The notes beneath the pieces were generated by a model. It saw only the letters and a list, made by a program, of their open reading frames with translations, was not told where the DNA came from and made no database searches. Below, piece after piece: positions 1 to 10,899 of a stretch of 64,000 bases of DNA. This DNA is from Novakomyces olei (lineage: Eukaryota), in assembly GCA_016906335.1 (NCBI GenBank), contig JADEYG010000009.1, positions 806,001-870,000 on the forward strand, written 5' to 3'. Both the position numbers and the translations under genes were made by a program. The first letter of the stretch is position 1. Each line of letters begins with the position of its first letter.

Positions 1-470
1 GCGAGGCCCATCGAGTGTAAGCCGATGTTGTAATGCCGTAATTTATATTAACCATTTAATTTGTATAACTTTAGCCATAATATTGGGGATGGAAAGGTTG
101 GTATATGATTTAGATGAAATGATTTAGAGAGAATGATACAGAGAAAATAATAGAGAAAATGATACAGAGAGAAACTATACAAGAACAGTTTACAATAAAC
201 AGTCAAAAACTAGATTAAGGCGGCGGCGTTCAAGTGACGTACGAGCCGGTTACTGACCTTTAAATTCGATTTTACAACATTTGCTGCGAGTTTCATTCGC
301 AAGTTATATAAGAACATAGACAGAATATAGATGTATAAGAATATATAAGAATATAGAGGGTCAAAACTGTAAAACTGGTACAATCCAATTGGACCGAATA
401 CTAACTGTAATAGACGTAATGCTCAGATGTACAACGACCACTTTTCAGTACGGGGCGAAATACAATAATT

Positions 471-568
471 AAAAAAATAAAAATAAATACAAAATATAAA
501 ATATAATAAAATATAATAAAATAAAATAAATAAAATAAAATAAAATAAAATAAAATAAAATAAAATAA
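471..568. repeat. AT-only (AAAAT)n-type simple repeat upstream of CBP6
   Basis: Tandem AAAAT/AATAT units read directly. Confidence 0.9.
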
Positions 569-678
569 TTCTGGTATTTGCCTACAACCAACATATTGAA
601 CAGTTACTAAATATTAAACATTTAAATAAATATTAAACCGTCAAATCATTTTGATCCCCATATCAACCGTTGATTCCG

Positions 679-1023
679 ATGGTGCGAGCGGTATCACGAG
701 AGTTTGTGAAACAGTGCCGCGCACTGCTCCAGCAATGGCCGCACGACGCTGTTCGGCCTTCAGTGCAGTTTGGCGAAATAGTCGGCAGAGGCTTAGGCGA
801 AGGAGGCGCCGGTGAATTATCGCCTTTGGAAAAGCGACAATTGAAATCGCTTACTGTCCTTGCGTCTTCAAAGTACTACGCGCGTTACCGATTGTCCGAC
901 AGGATGTTGCACCCGCCGTCTTACCCAGAGTATTACTCTGATATTATTACAAAAGTGCGTCCTGCGAGGGATACGAGATCAGTTTGGAGCAAAGTGCGTG
1001 AGGCTTTACGGTGGACTGAATAA
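679..1023 (+). CDS. CBP6: Cytochrome b translation/assembly factor Cbp6 (UQCC2 family)
   Basis: ATG 679; LxxWPxDxxRP and L..KY...Y.L...ML.P...P.YY motifs; 114 aa. Confidence 0.8.
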   Translation: MVRAVSREFVKQCRALLQQWPHDAVRPSVQFGEIVGRGLGEGGAGELSPLEKRQLKSLTVLASSKYYARYRLSDRMLHPPSYPEYYSDIITKVRPARDTRSVWSKVREALRWTE

Positions 1024-1331
1024 GGCGTTTCCGGACAAAGTGGGGTTGCCCGTTACCGGGTTAATTGATCTTTCTACAAATGCTTTTGCACTTGTTGTAA
1101 CTGCAGTCTAGTGCATATCTTGAGCGTTTTCCATTACATGCAGTCTATGGTACTCTGCAATAGTATTATATAATGTCAAAAGACACAGAGTAGACGATGA
1201 ACGGCCAAATCGATCTTACTCGCCTACGCCTACGCGTCCATAGACTCTACATTCAATGATTATTTTCACAGACTATACTATATAGTCGCGGTGTATATGC
1301 TCCATTATGTGTATTTACAAGCAAACGTTCA

Positions 1332-2453
1332 TCAGTCAGTAGAGTGCAGATTCTCGCCCTGTTGCAGGCCCTGCTGCCACAGCCAAAGCGCCTCTGTAGC
1401 ATGGGTGCGTACGCCAAGGTGTAGTGTAGCCGACTCGTCAGCCGCTTCTGTGAGCGAATCAACTACTCTGCAATCCAGAGTCAGAGACCGCAGCAAAGCG
1501 GATACTTCGAGTCCAAAAGCCTGTGATCCAATCCTAAAAAGCACTCTTCCCAGAGTGCGTATAGCTAGAGCCCGCTGAGCCGGAAAGCGGCTGCGTGACA
1601 GGTGCGCTAGCTCTGGTATTGTGTAACCAGCCGCCGCAGGAGCATCAGCGTGGTGGTGTAACCCTTCCGTGGTCGCCACTTCTCGGCCTTTTCGTGGTGG
1701 AAGAATATTCCCTGCAAAATCAAACCGAACTGCACTCGGCGCAACCTCACGCATATCCGGATGGTATTGAGACTCATCTTCTTCTATGCTGATAGGCTGC
1801 ATCCACGCTAGCCGGGTGGGATCGTGTTCGAGCTGGGGAAAATATTTATCATGAAGCTTCTCCAAAAAATCATCGGCACCAGGATCATCCTGCTCCACCT
1901 CCTCTGCATTCGGTGGAGCAGCAAAATGAACTCTGACGTTTGGCTGCTCTTGGTCAGGCTCAGATTTTTCACCCGGCTCGGGCCGTTCGTCCAAGGTACT
2001 ATCTACTAGCGCTGATGGAGCAGGACTCTGTTCCGATTTCCGCTTTATATGGCAATCTGCCTGCTCTCCTGCTCGCATGGCTTCTTCAAACGAGGGAGCT
2101 CGCTCGTCTACGCAACTCGATGTATTGCTCTTCTTTTGGCCTCGCTCACGTAATTTCTTCAATAATCCTGGCGGCAATTGCTGTTCGAGCTCTTTTTGCT
2201 CTTGTGCAATCTCCTCCGGCAGCATTCCCGCCAGTCGGGCCCTGTTCTCGCGAGAAATATCATTCTCTTCCTGCCCCGCGTCATTGGCAAATAATTGGTC
2301 TTTTGAGCGCTCGTGCCATTGACGTTTAGCCCGATCAAATTTTCGCGGCTGCGGGAACCCTTTTGCAGGTCCAGCCCGCGGCGCTGAAGGAGGATTTGAT
2401 GCAACTGAAGGCCTTTCAACTATATCGCGCACTAATTCCAAAGGCCGGTCCAT
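1332..2453 (-). CDS. RBA50: RNA polymerase II assembly factor Rba50 (RPAP1-like)
   Basis: RPAP1_N ISRENRARLAGMLPEEIAQEQ; RPAP1_C RFDFAG, GLHHHADAPAAAGYTIPELAHLSRSRFPAQR. Confidence 0.9.
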   Translation of the reverse strand: MDRPLELVRDIVERPSVASNPPSAPRAGPAKGFPQPRKFDRAKRQWHERSKDQLFANDAGQEENDISRENRARLAGMLPEEIAQEQKELEQQLPPGLLKKLRERGQKKSNTSSCVDERAPSFEEAMRAGEQADCHIKRKSEQSPAPSALVDSTLDERPEPGEKSEPDQEQPNVRVHFAAPPNAEEVEQDDPGADDFLEKLHDKYFPQLEHDPTRLAWMQPISIEEDESQYHPDMREVAPSAVRFDFAGNILPPRKGREVATTEGLHHHADAPAAAGYTIPELAHLSRSRFPAQRALAIRTLGRVLFRIGSQAFGLEVSALLRSLTLDCRVVDSLTEAADESATLHLGVRTHATEALWLWQQGLQQGENLHSTD

Positions 2454-2733
2454 GTCAAAGCATTGTGCTAATTAATGAATATTATTGAATACAAATTATT
2501 TACTATTAAATGTGAAATTTAATTATGAAATGTAGTAATTGAAATATAATTATTGAATATTTCGAATTGTATATTGAATTATATTGAATTATATATTGGA
2601 CGCTGACTATACTGGAAACCTATCCAATATAATGTCTTACAAATTCTTTAATTATTAATCATATAATGTGTTGAGAAGGTATGTTCTAGCACATCTATAA
2701 TGCTCCATTATTTACTCCGCTACTATTATGCTC

Positions 2734-2970
2734 TATTATATTATACTATTATACTATTATACTACATTAGATTATACTATATTATACTATTATTAAACTA
2801 TATTATACTATATTATACTATATTATACTATATTATACTATATTATACTATATTATACTATTATTAAACTATATTATACTATATTATACTATATTATACT
2901 ATATTATACTATATTATACTATATTATATTATACTATATTATACTATATTATACTATATTACTATTATAT
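2734..2970. repeat. (TATTATAC)n 8-bp tandem array in the divergent RBA50/BSD2 spacer
   Basis: More than 20 near-perfect TATTATAC units. Confidence 0.95.
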
Positions 2971-3052
2971 TCCATTGTATTATACACTTGTACAAATAGT
3001 GCGTTGTATACACGCAACCCTTAACCCGACTGCAGCTTCAGATCAGGCTGAA

Positions 3053-4055
3053 ATGACGCGGAGTAACCGCTACGACAAGGTAAGCTTTCGCCACCAGACA
3101 CAGTTCCGACTAACAAAATTGACAGGTGCCGTCCTATGACGAGGCGGTAGGCGACGACGGATACAGTAGCGCGTTAGAGGCGTCCTTTGCGACGCCCACA
3201 CAAGACCATACGGACGCGGGTGCACATGGCGCCTCTGACGATAGCCGTCCGCCCGCGGACGGCAGTGAAATGGACCACGGAGATGGAGGTGAAAGCGAGT
3301 CGCAGCACTCGGTGGAACGGATCCCGCTGATCTTGTCCGAAGTGCCTCGGCTTGGCAGTGAGGCAGAAGCAGCCAGTGGCCGGACGGGAAATGGAAATGG
3401 AACTGGAAATGGAACGGGAAATGGAACTGGAACTGGAACTGGGATCGGTGGATACGACGGAGTTTGGCGAAATATGGCGGCTAAACCAGAAGCGTCTGTG
3501 GAAAAGCCGCAGGAGGAAACCCCTCCGCCTTACGAGGCAGCGGCAGCGGATATAGCTCCGCCTTACTGGGAAACGACAATGTTTGCTCCCGGACTGGCGT
3601 CAGACGAAGTCTACATCGACGGAATGCCCGTAGGCACGCTGTTTGCTTTTCTGTGGAACATGTTTGTGTCCATTTCCTTCCAGATCGTCGGGTTCCTGCT
3701 CACATACTTGCTGAGTACTACGCATGCGGCCAAGCAGGGATCCCGTGCCGGGTTGGGTATAACGCTCATCCAGTACGGCTTTTATATGCGCCAGCAGGAC
3801 GATGATGCTGGAGTACCTACCGATCCTTCCTCGCCCGTCGATAAACGAGACTATTCAGCCCCAGCTTCCTCCATCTCTCGCTCAGAATGGGTCTCGATGC
3901 TGCTCATGGTCGTCGGCTGGTTCCTCCTGGTCCGCTCTCTTGTCGATTACCTGCGAGCTCGCCGTATGGAGCAATGCGTCCGCCAAACATCAACTATCCC
4001 TGGCGCTGGCTTGGCTGTTGTCGCTGACACAGAGTCGCCAGAGACTGCTGTTTGA
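3053..4055 (+). CDS. BSD2: Bsd2/NDFIP-type Rsp5 adaptor, metal homeostasis (2 exons)
   Basis: Exon 3053-3079, intron 3080-3125 (GTAAGC..ACTAAC..CAG), exon 3126-4055; DGVWRNMAAKPE, PPPYE and PPYWETT PY motifs, SFQIVGFLLTYLL, three TM segments. Confidence 0.9.
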
Positions 4056-4319
4056 TGATTTCACTCGGTTATATATTCATGCATTCTGCTATATGCCTAT
4101 GCTTTTGTTTTGGTCGTGCTTGTTTTAATTGGTTTCTCGCGTAGCCGCAGTGGGGTTACGCTAAACATGTCATTTGCGGTTTTTAACGATTTTACCTTTA
4201 ATGCTTTAAATTAGTGTTTTACCCTTTTTCTTTGTTTTTGTTTTTCTTTTGTCTTGTCGTATTTTCCAGTTTTTATTTTTTTTTATCTGGTTTTTCTTGC
4301 AATAATATAGTTTGTGGCC

Positions 4320-4436
4320 GTGGATGATACGTTGGAGATGGTTGGTATGCGCATAGCGGTATCATGAGCGACAGTCTGGTCGACTGTCTTAACGCGTGGT
4401 AGGTAAACCGGGAACAAAGGGTTTATCTGCACTGAG
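4320..4436 (+). ncRNA. Candidate structured ncRNA (three hairpins, box C/D-like termini)
   Basis: TGGATGA 4321-4327 and CTGA 4432-4435; stems 4324-4330/4359-4365, 4370-4376/4382-4388 and 4396-4409/4420-4432; GC island after a T-rich tract. Confidence 0.3.
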
Positions 4437-4777
4437 AAATATTCAAGCATAGTTATGTACAACTATATTAATCATATACTTTTAATGTCAATGTCGTGAG
4501 CATTAACTAGATTATGGGATTTGAGTGGTAATCGCAGTCAATCATAATACCTTTATGCGTTTGCGCCAGCGTTCGTGCCAGCTTTTGCGTGTTTCTAATT
4601 TAAAAAACAATTCTTTCGAGACATCGATTCAAATAAAAGTTGTGTTTACAATTAGCCAACGAAACCGAGTCACTCAACAGGTCTGGCATATAATACAATC
4701 TTTAAACGAATTAATGAATAATATCTACAAGAAGCTATCCACCCCACCCATCCTTCGTCAGGGCACGGGCGTCTGTA

Positions 4778-5551
4778 CTAGTTGCCAGCAATAGCCTTTA
4801 ACAATCCATCCGGCTCAGGAACAGCTGCCACCACGTCGGGTTCGCGTTGCAGAGTTGAGCACATGTACTCCCGGGTAGAAGGCCCAATAACTGCAATTTT
4901 AACGTGTGGGGCCGCCTGTAATTCTTGCAAAGCCTCGGCTGTCCCTTGCGGACTAAATACAGCAATCCAGCGTAAATTGCTGCCCAATTCCTCTATTTTT
5001 CTACGAAAATCCAGAGCAAATTCAGTCCGTACTCGCGTCGCGTAAACGACAACTTCAACAAGCGGGTAAGGCGGATCAGCAGCTGCAAGAGCTCTGGGGA
5101 GCACGTCCTTTCTAATCTCGCCCACAATAAAAAGCAGTGGTGCGGGCCGAGCAGACGGCTTTGATAGAATAATTTGTGCCAGCACTGAACCACTACCGGC
5201 CGCCCTGCCTCCCCGAATATCAGTAAACCCTAACCCTGCTAGAGCCGCAGCGCTAGCAGGGCCGACAGTATACACCGGCGTTAAGCGTAATAAAAGATGC
5301 TTCGTGCCTGCTTTTAATTCCTGTAATTGCGCGCCAATTGCTTCAATAGCACGTTGACTGGATACGATCAAACCGCTATATGATTTTATACGGCAAAGAT
5401 GTGAGCGCAGTTCGTCTCCGTTTATAAGCCGGTGCTCCAAAACCGGAACAAACTCGGCATTGAAGCCACGCTGCTGTACAGCTGTATCATAGGGATCGTG
5501 AGGTTGCGATTTCGTTTTTAAAAGGATTACAGTGCCTTCATTGCTGTTCAT
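4778..5551 (-). CDS. HEM4: Uroporphyrinogen-III synthase
   Basis: VILLKTKS..DPY, FVPVLEH, LIVSSQRAIEA, YTVGPAS, VFSPQG, IGPST; first ATG at 5551 (an upstream exon is not excluded). Confidence 0.92.
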   Translation of the reverse strand: MNSNEGTVILLKTKSQPHDPYDTAVQQRGFNAEFVPVLEHRLINGDELRSHLCRIKSYSGLIVSSQRAIEAIGAQLQELKAGTKHLLLRLTPVYTVGPASAAALAGLGFTDIRGGRAAGSGSVLAQIILSKPSARPAPLLFIVGEIRKDVLPRALAAADPPYPLVEVVVYATRVRTEFALDFRRKIEELGSNLRWIAVFSPQGTAEALQELQAAPHVKIAVIGPSTREYMCSTLQREPDVVAAVPEPDGLLKAIAGN

Positions 5552-5603
5552 GAGATTAGTCAGGCGGCAAAGACAAGTGAGAAAATGGGGTAGCAATGAG
5601 TCA

Positions 5604-5715
5604 TTAATTAATTAATTAATTAATTACTTATTTGTTTATATATTTATTTATTTATATATTTATTTATATATTTATTTATATATTTATTTATATATTTATT
5701 TATATATATATTTAT
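5604..5715. repeat. (TTAA)n plus (TATATTTATTTA)n array upstream of HEM4
   Basis: Read directly. Confidence 0.9.
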
Positions 5716-6343
5716 AGCGCGATTTTTCCATCTCCATTACGCACACCACCCCATAATAATGGTCTCGACATATTATTACTCGATATTATTATCGTACCTG
5801 TCCCATCTGCGTCGTTTGTCAGGCAATTGCCGTTTGGTGTAAATGTGGCTTGTTCAAAGGGCGCATAGTCGATTATAGCGGCCACCGCGAGTCTTGAATT
5901 TAGGCTATGAAGTGTACGGCTCACCAATTACCCTATTTGATTCGATTTGATTACAAGCTTGGCTGTGATTACGACGATTAGCATTGCCCCCTCTAATTTC
6001 CTTGTACCGGCAAAGTCGGGCGTGGAGGCAGACTCTTTTTTCTTTTGCGTCTACAAAATTCTGCCGAGAAGGAGCGATCACGGCACGAGCAACCTAGCAA
6101 CCTCTCAAAATTGCGAAATAATATATCAATAGAATAGAAAAGCGTGGACTGTGTTGTGAATGCCTTGCCAATTATTCTTTACCTCTAACTCTTCAAAACG
6201 TTATATTGACCCATTCGGCGTCGCAAGAAAAGGGAGCAGGTTTGCTACAATAGCACACGATCAAAGCCGATTATAATTGGGAAAAAGGGCAAATTGCAAC
6301 CAAAATTTAGTTGCAACTAACTGCAGCATTATATTAATCACAG

Positions 6344-8230
6344 ATGGAGGCCACTACAAATGTCTTGACTCTGGCAGAGCGATCCTCCGTTGATCGCGAA
6401 AGATTTTACGACAATTTTGTTGCACGCTACGCGCGACTACACCAGCTATGTGAGGACTTTGAGCAGCAAACACCGGATGCAGTTTTATTGCAAATTGAAC
6501 GGTTTTATTTCGAGAAAATGTACCACCTCTTCCCCGTACTAGCACCTTACCTTGCTCGAGCTGAAGGCGCCTTTGCCCGCGTACCTCCGGCTCTACGTCT
6601 TGCTGTATATAATATAGTCTCTATTTCGAGCACAATTTTGAGGCCAGAGGACGAGCCTCTTGTACACAACTCTTTAATTCTGGCACTGAGGGCGTATTCA
6701 CGAGACGCCCTGGTAATTGCGGTCTCTGATTCTACCATTATAATGTCACACGTGGCCCTTCTCTACTACATGCACAATGTCGCGTTTACTACCATTACAG
6801 AGCGCACACCTGAACACGCGCAAGCACACAGAGGCAAGGCCGATCGACTGGATACGGAGCTCGTTGTCGGTGTTGCACTAACGTTACTTGCTCAAAACCT
6901 TCCAGACTGGTGGGATGACGGTCTGGTGGGGGCGCAAGCAGAGGCCCCATGGTGGGAAGTTCTATCCTGGGTTTGTGTGCGTAATGCCGATGCCTTTTTC
7001 TCTCTTGAAACGTGTGCTTTCCCGCTCTTACCGGGCGCTCGAGTTCCTGTTCACGAACGTTTTGTAGCCATTTTAGCCTCGATGGGCTCACAGGCTTCCA
7101 TCCCTGTTACCTCAGAGTACTTTGGTGCTTCAAGTTCCTGGTGCGAGATCATAATTGCTCTGTGTCGGCAATTGAGAATGGGCAGAAGCGATCAGTTTAA
7201 TTTTTTACAGGCACAGGCTGCCGTTTGGTACCGGTCTTACAACGTCGCCTCCCTTTCACCGTCGTCTTCGAGCGGTCCAGACTCTTCTCCTTTTGCCTCT
7301 AGATCTCCCCTTTTCGCCTCTCCCTCTTCTCCTCCAACCGGTCCCGCATCATCCGTCCCGGAGCTTGCTCACATGTACATCCTGCTTTGCCTTTACTTGT
7401 ACAAACTTGCACAGTCCCAGCCAACACTGCTCCAAGTCTCCATGCTCTCTGTCCAATTGGCCAATCGATTTATTGGCATAATTCCGCCTTTTTCACCCAG
7501 TTACTGGGTTCTCTGCGAGGCCTCTGTCGTGGCTGGTGCTTGTATAATGCAGTCAATTGCTCAAGCTAATGGACCTGATTGTCGCGAAAGTATTGCACTT
7601 TTAAAGCAAATGTTTGAAGAGACCATTTACTGTGGCGGAGGCAGACAATTTCAAGCCGGGAATAATAATGTGAATCAGCGATTTCGAACGGGTGACTATT
7701 TAAATTTTTTTACATCGCTTGTCGAGTCCTTTGAGGGTGAAATTACCGCTCAGCCAGCATCGCCCGGACTTTTATTAAATTTGCCTCATGAGCTGAACGC
7801 CTTTTACCCGACAGAGGTCCCTGCAGACGTTGTATCCGCCGATGCTCTTTACTATTACGCACTGGGCCGTTTAGAAAGTGTTATGGGCCCTAATACAAGG
7901 GCGTACGGGGACGTGGAGTATCACGAAGCTGCTGACGGGCAATCGAAAATTCTGCAAACCGCGCTTGAAAGCGGCCGAGACAAGGATCGGTCTACGAGCC
8001 CTTCGACTACTACGAACTCATCGTCCCAGTCTCCACAAATGCGAACAGCAAAGCCAGAAAGGCCGGGCAACGAGAAAATGAATGCAAATCATATCAAGCC
8101 ACGCTCTGGGGGAGTTCGGAAGAAACGGCTACTTCTCCGTATAATGGACCCGGCAAGTTTGAAGTCGCGAGTGGCTCAACGTGCCAGCAAGGTACCGAAA
8201 GCATTAGGGTTCGGTCGGAGTATGAATTAA
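6344..8230 (+). CDS. Hypothetical 628-aa protein resembling the fungal transcription-factor middle homology region
   Basis: Long ORF; YFEKMYHLFPVL and helical segments typical of Fungal_TF_MHR; basic C-terminus; no Zn2Cys6 cluster inside the ORF. Confidence 0.55.
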   Translation: MEATTNVLTLAERSSVDRERFYDNFVARYARLHQLCEDFEQQTPDAVLLQIERFYFEKMYHLFPVLAPYLARAEGAFARVPPALRLAVYNIVSISSTILRPEDEPLVHNSLILALRAYSRDALVIAVSDSTIIMSHVALLYYMHNVAFTTITERTPEHAQAHRGKADRLDTELVVGVALTLLAQNLPDWWDDGLVGAQAEAPWWEVLSWVCVRNADAFFSLETCAFPLLPGARVPVHERFVAILASMGSQASIPVTSEYFGASSSWCEIIIALCRQLRMGRSDQFNFLQAQAAVWYRSYNVASLSPSSSSGPDSSPFASRSPLFASPSSPPTGPASSVPELAHMYILLCLYLYKLAQSQPTLLQVSMLSVQLANRFIGIIPPFSPSYWVLCEASVVAGACIMQSIAQANGPDCRESIALLKQMFEETIYCGGGRQFQAGNNNVNQRFRTGDYLNFFTSLVESFEGEITAQPASPGLLLNLPHELNAFYPTEVPADVVSADALYYYALGRLESVMGPNTRAYGDVEYHEAADGQSKILQTALESGRDKDRSTSPSTTTNSSSQSPQMRTAKPERPGNEKMNANHIKPRSGGVRKKRLLLRIMDPASLKSRVAQRASKVPKALGFGRSMN

Positions 8231-8904
8231 GTGGGCAATACAGTAATCGATGCCGTCCCGACTCTGTCTTGCCTGTCTAATTTTAGTTCATCTATGTTTA
8301 TATTCTCTTTTGCCACTTGATTGTCCCAGCATTTTCAATTATGGCTGTGGGAAGGAAGGGGCGGTGCTCTTATGATTTGGTATACGGAACGCTTCAGATT
8401 TGTAATAATTTAGGAATTAAAATTTTGGGGCTCAGCGATTACGAGCAGGCAAAAGCAATGAACGTGTATTTTCGAGGGCGTCAGGCGATGTTTTATTATT
8501 CAATTGGAAACGAGTAATTTTACCATAAAAATTTAGCGATTTGTTGACTATTGCGCGGTTTCCATGGTAAATTTTTCAAGTTGTATTGATAAGTGTTGGT
8601 ACAAGGATTTCGTCCTTGCACCAAATTTGCAGGAGATTAGTATTATATTATCAAGACGCCACAGGTCCCGTGCAGAAGCACGTCATATACTATACGTAAT
8701 TGTAAACGAATAAAGGATTTGCAGTCTTGATCACTGAATATACAAAGGCACCTGATTGAGCAAAGCGCGGCCAATAAAATATAAAAATCAACGAAATTTA
8801 AAAGAGCAGATCCAAAAGCAAGAAAAGAAAGGAATAATAACGCCTGGTCCTCTACTGAACCTGAAATTGGGTATAAGAGAGCTGTTGGATTGTCTCGCAA
8901 GGTA

Positions 8905-9420
8905 CTAATCCATATCTGTCAAACATTCTGGGGGAACAGCGACTGAACGAGCCCGGCACCTTTCCAAAAGCATACGCCGCCTTTCAAGCAGTGCATGAAA
9001 ATGATCGAGAGCTAGACTGTTAGACTGGAGTTGTAATGATGAAATAGAATAATAGGCCTTACTTTTTTGCAAAACTACTGCTTCTGATTTAGCTTGATTC
9101 CGTGACAATGATGGTACAAGCTCGGTGAGTCGATTGAAGCGTTCTCGAATAGCCTGACGCCGTTTTTGTTCCTTTAAACGTCAGAATATGACAACAGAGT
9201 CGGGGCAACGGCCCAGAAAACCAATTGAAATAAAATAAAGTATTTGAAAAAAGAACTGCTATCTTACACTGGCAATATGATTGGCTCTCCGCTGCTCATC
9301 TGTGAGCATTACTGGTGGCTGAGGAAGTGCCATTTGCTGATCTTCAGATAATGCCACGTGCCACGTGGGCGGATCAGCACGTGAAAGCGGAGAGCCTTTG
9401 TCGTCGCGTGCTCTGCCCAT
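8905..9420 (-). CDS. Small bHLH transcription factor (Ino4/MLX-like), 3 exons
   Basis: LTDEQRRANHIAS|EQKRRQAIRERFNRLTELVP..SEAVVLQK|TLDHFHALL; introns 9172-9267 and 9012-9062; start codon uncertain. Confidence 0.85.
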
Positions 9421-10080
9421 GTCCCTGGCATTCGTGGGATTTGATGATATAAGTTGGACCAATATTTATGAGCCCACCATAGACAATATACTATATAATT
9501 AAAAGATTAAGATTTCACGAGCCTGAATATACATACCAAAGATTTGTGCATGATCGCTATATATTATTATTAAATGTACCCAAAGGGAATGCTGCATTAC
9601 TTCCTATATAGGCAATAATTAGTTAAAAGTTTTAGATTAGCACAAATTGTTAGGTAAAAAGATGTCTTTGAACACCATTAATAGCCACTGATTATTAGTC
9701 TTGTGGTAAATGAGCGATTATTGTTTCGTTGTCAATAAGTGCAACGCGTAGGCTACGCTCAGAATTAAACATTTCGATGAGGTACATCATGTACAAATTG
9801 TCGCAAATGGCGGTTGCTATCATGTAAACCGAGTTTATTCTAATATTATTCAATTATTTTCTGTCTGAGTCTCCGATGGCCCTCAACGAAATGACGTTTT
9901 ATATACCTTATGCTTCCCCATTTTCCGTAGCAAGTCAGAGAGTCTAAAGGCTAAATTACCGAGAAATAAATCAGATAAGCGTTTCTAATTTAAACATATA
10001 TTTAGTTATAATACTAATTCTGATTATTCTAATTATATAATCCCATGTATAAGAATAGCGTATCTTCTGCCCTCTAGAGA

Positions 10081-10154
10081 CCTGTATTCCTCACCGTCGG
10101 TCCCTGATTCATCTATACTTGCCTTAGATAAAAATGAAACGCTGACGGTTAATG
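10081..10154 (+). repeat. Dispersed copy of coding segment 10674-10747 (72/74 identical)
   Basis: cctgtattcctcaccgtcggtccctgattc...gctgacggttaatg is present twice, with 2 mismatches. Confidence 0.95.
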
Positions 10155-10389
10155 TTTCATACGGATTCATAATGGCAAAAGCTGCAAATTTAGATCCAAT
10201 GCTTAATGACGCAGATCACGAGGTGACATGCGGCTTATTGGAGAAATGTGTACATGCCACCCCTCTCCTGGACGGTATAAAGGCAAACGAGCCCCCGCCG
10301 TTTGAGCACTCATCAGACTCGAAAACCCGATTATTCACAGTCCTACCCTCTATTCGAAAGCTAAAGTTTTTCTCAATTTATTCTTGACA

Positions 10390-10899
10390 ATGAAGTTTAC
10401 TTTGGCCGCCGGTTCAGTTTTCTCTCGTCTGAGCCTTGTCAAAGCCGCTCCAAGTAATGACAGCTTTGAACTGGCTGCCTGCGCTGATTATGACGTTTGG
10501 TATTCAACTATCGGAGGCAAACACGAAACTGCTGACCAGAATATTATCTTTAGACATACGCGAGGAGCCTTTGGGATGGAGGATGGTAAAATCTACGAGA
10601 AAAGAGCTTTGGACCAGAAGTATTATTTGAAGCTTGGGACGGGCTTAGCAAGAAATTTCCCTGGAGCCCTCTACCTGTATTCCTCACCGTCGGTCCCTGA
10701 TTCATCTATAATTGCCTTAGATAAAAATGGAACGCTGACGGTTAATGGCAGTGATGATGGATGGTGGGCTTGCCGCAATATCGGCGATCCTTACAATTAC
10801 AATGAAGCTGCTATTTTCTATAATAATAATAATAATAATAATACAGAGGGCAACTGGAGTAAATGTGTCTCTGTCGCTGTTAGTATACCACCACCCTGA
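10390..10899 (+). CDS. Small secreted/cell-wall protein, Pga29/Pga30/Pga31 (Rhd3)-like domain, no evident GPI tail
   Basis: Signal-like N-terminus MKFTLAAG..AAPS; DKNGTLTVNGSDDGWWACRNIGDPYNY motif; TATAAA at 10276. Confidence 0.6.
   Translation: MKFTLAAGSVFSRLSLVKAAPSNDSFELAACADYDVWYSTIGGKHETADQNIIFRHTRGAFGMEDGKIYEKRALDQKYYLKLGTGLARNFPGALYLYSSPSVPDSSIIALDKNGTLTVNGSDDGWWACRNIGDPYNYNEAAIFYNNNNNNNTEGNWSKCVSVAVSIPPP

Noticed and set aside
378..413. Intron-like GTACAA..TACTAAC..TAG upstream of CBP6
   Set aside because: No flanking ORF; could be a UTR intron but unsupported
5712..5927. 71-aa minus-strand ORF
   Set aside because: Non-ATG start, no recognisable motif, and no in-frame splice to HEM4 found
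10172..10387. 71-aa ORF upstream of the secreted protein
   Set aside because: Overlaps the TATA box and promoter of the downstream gene; no motif
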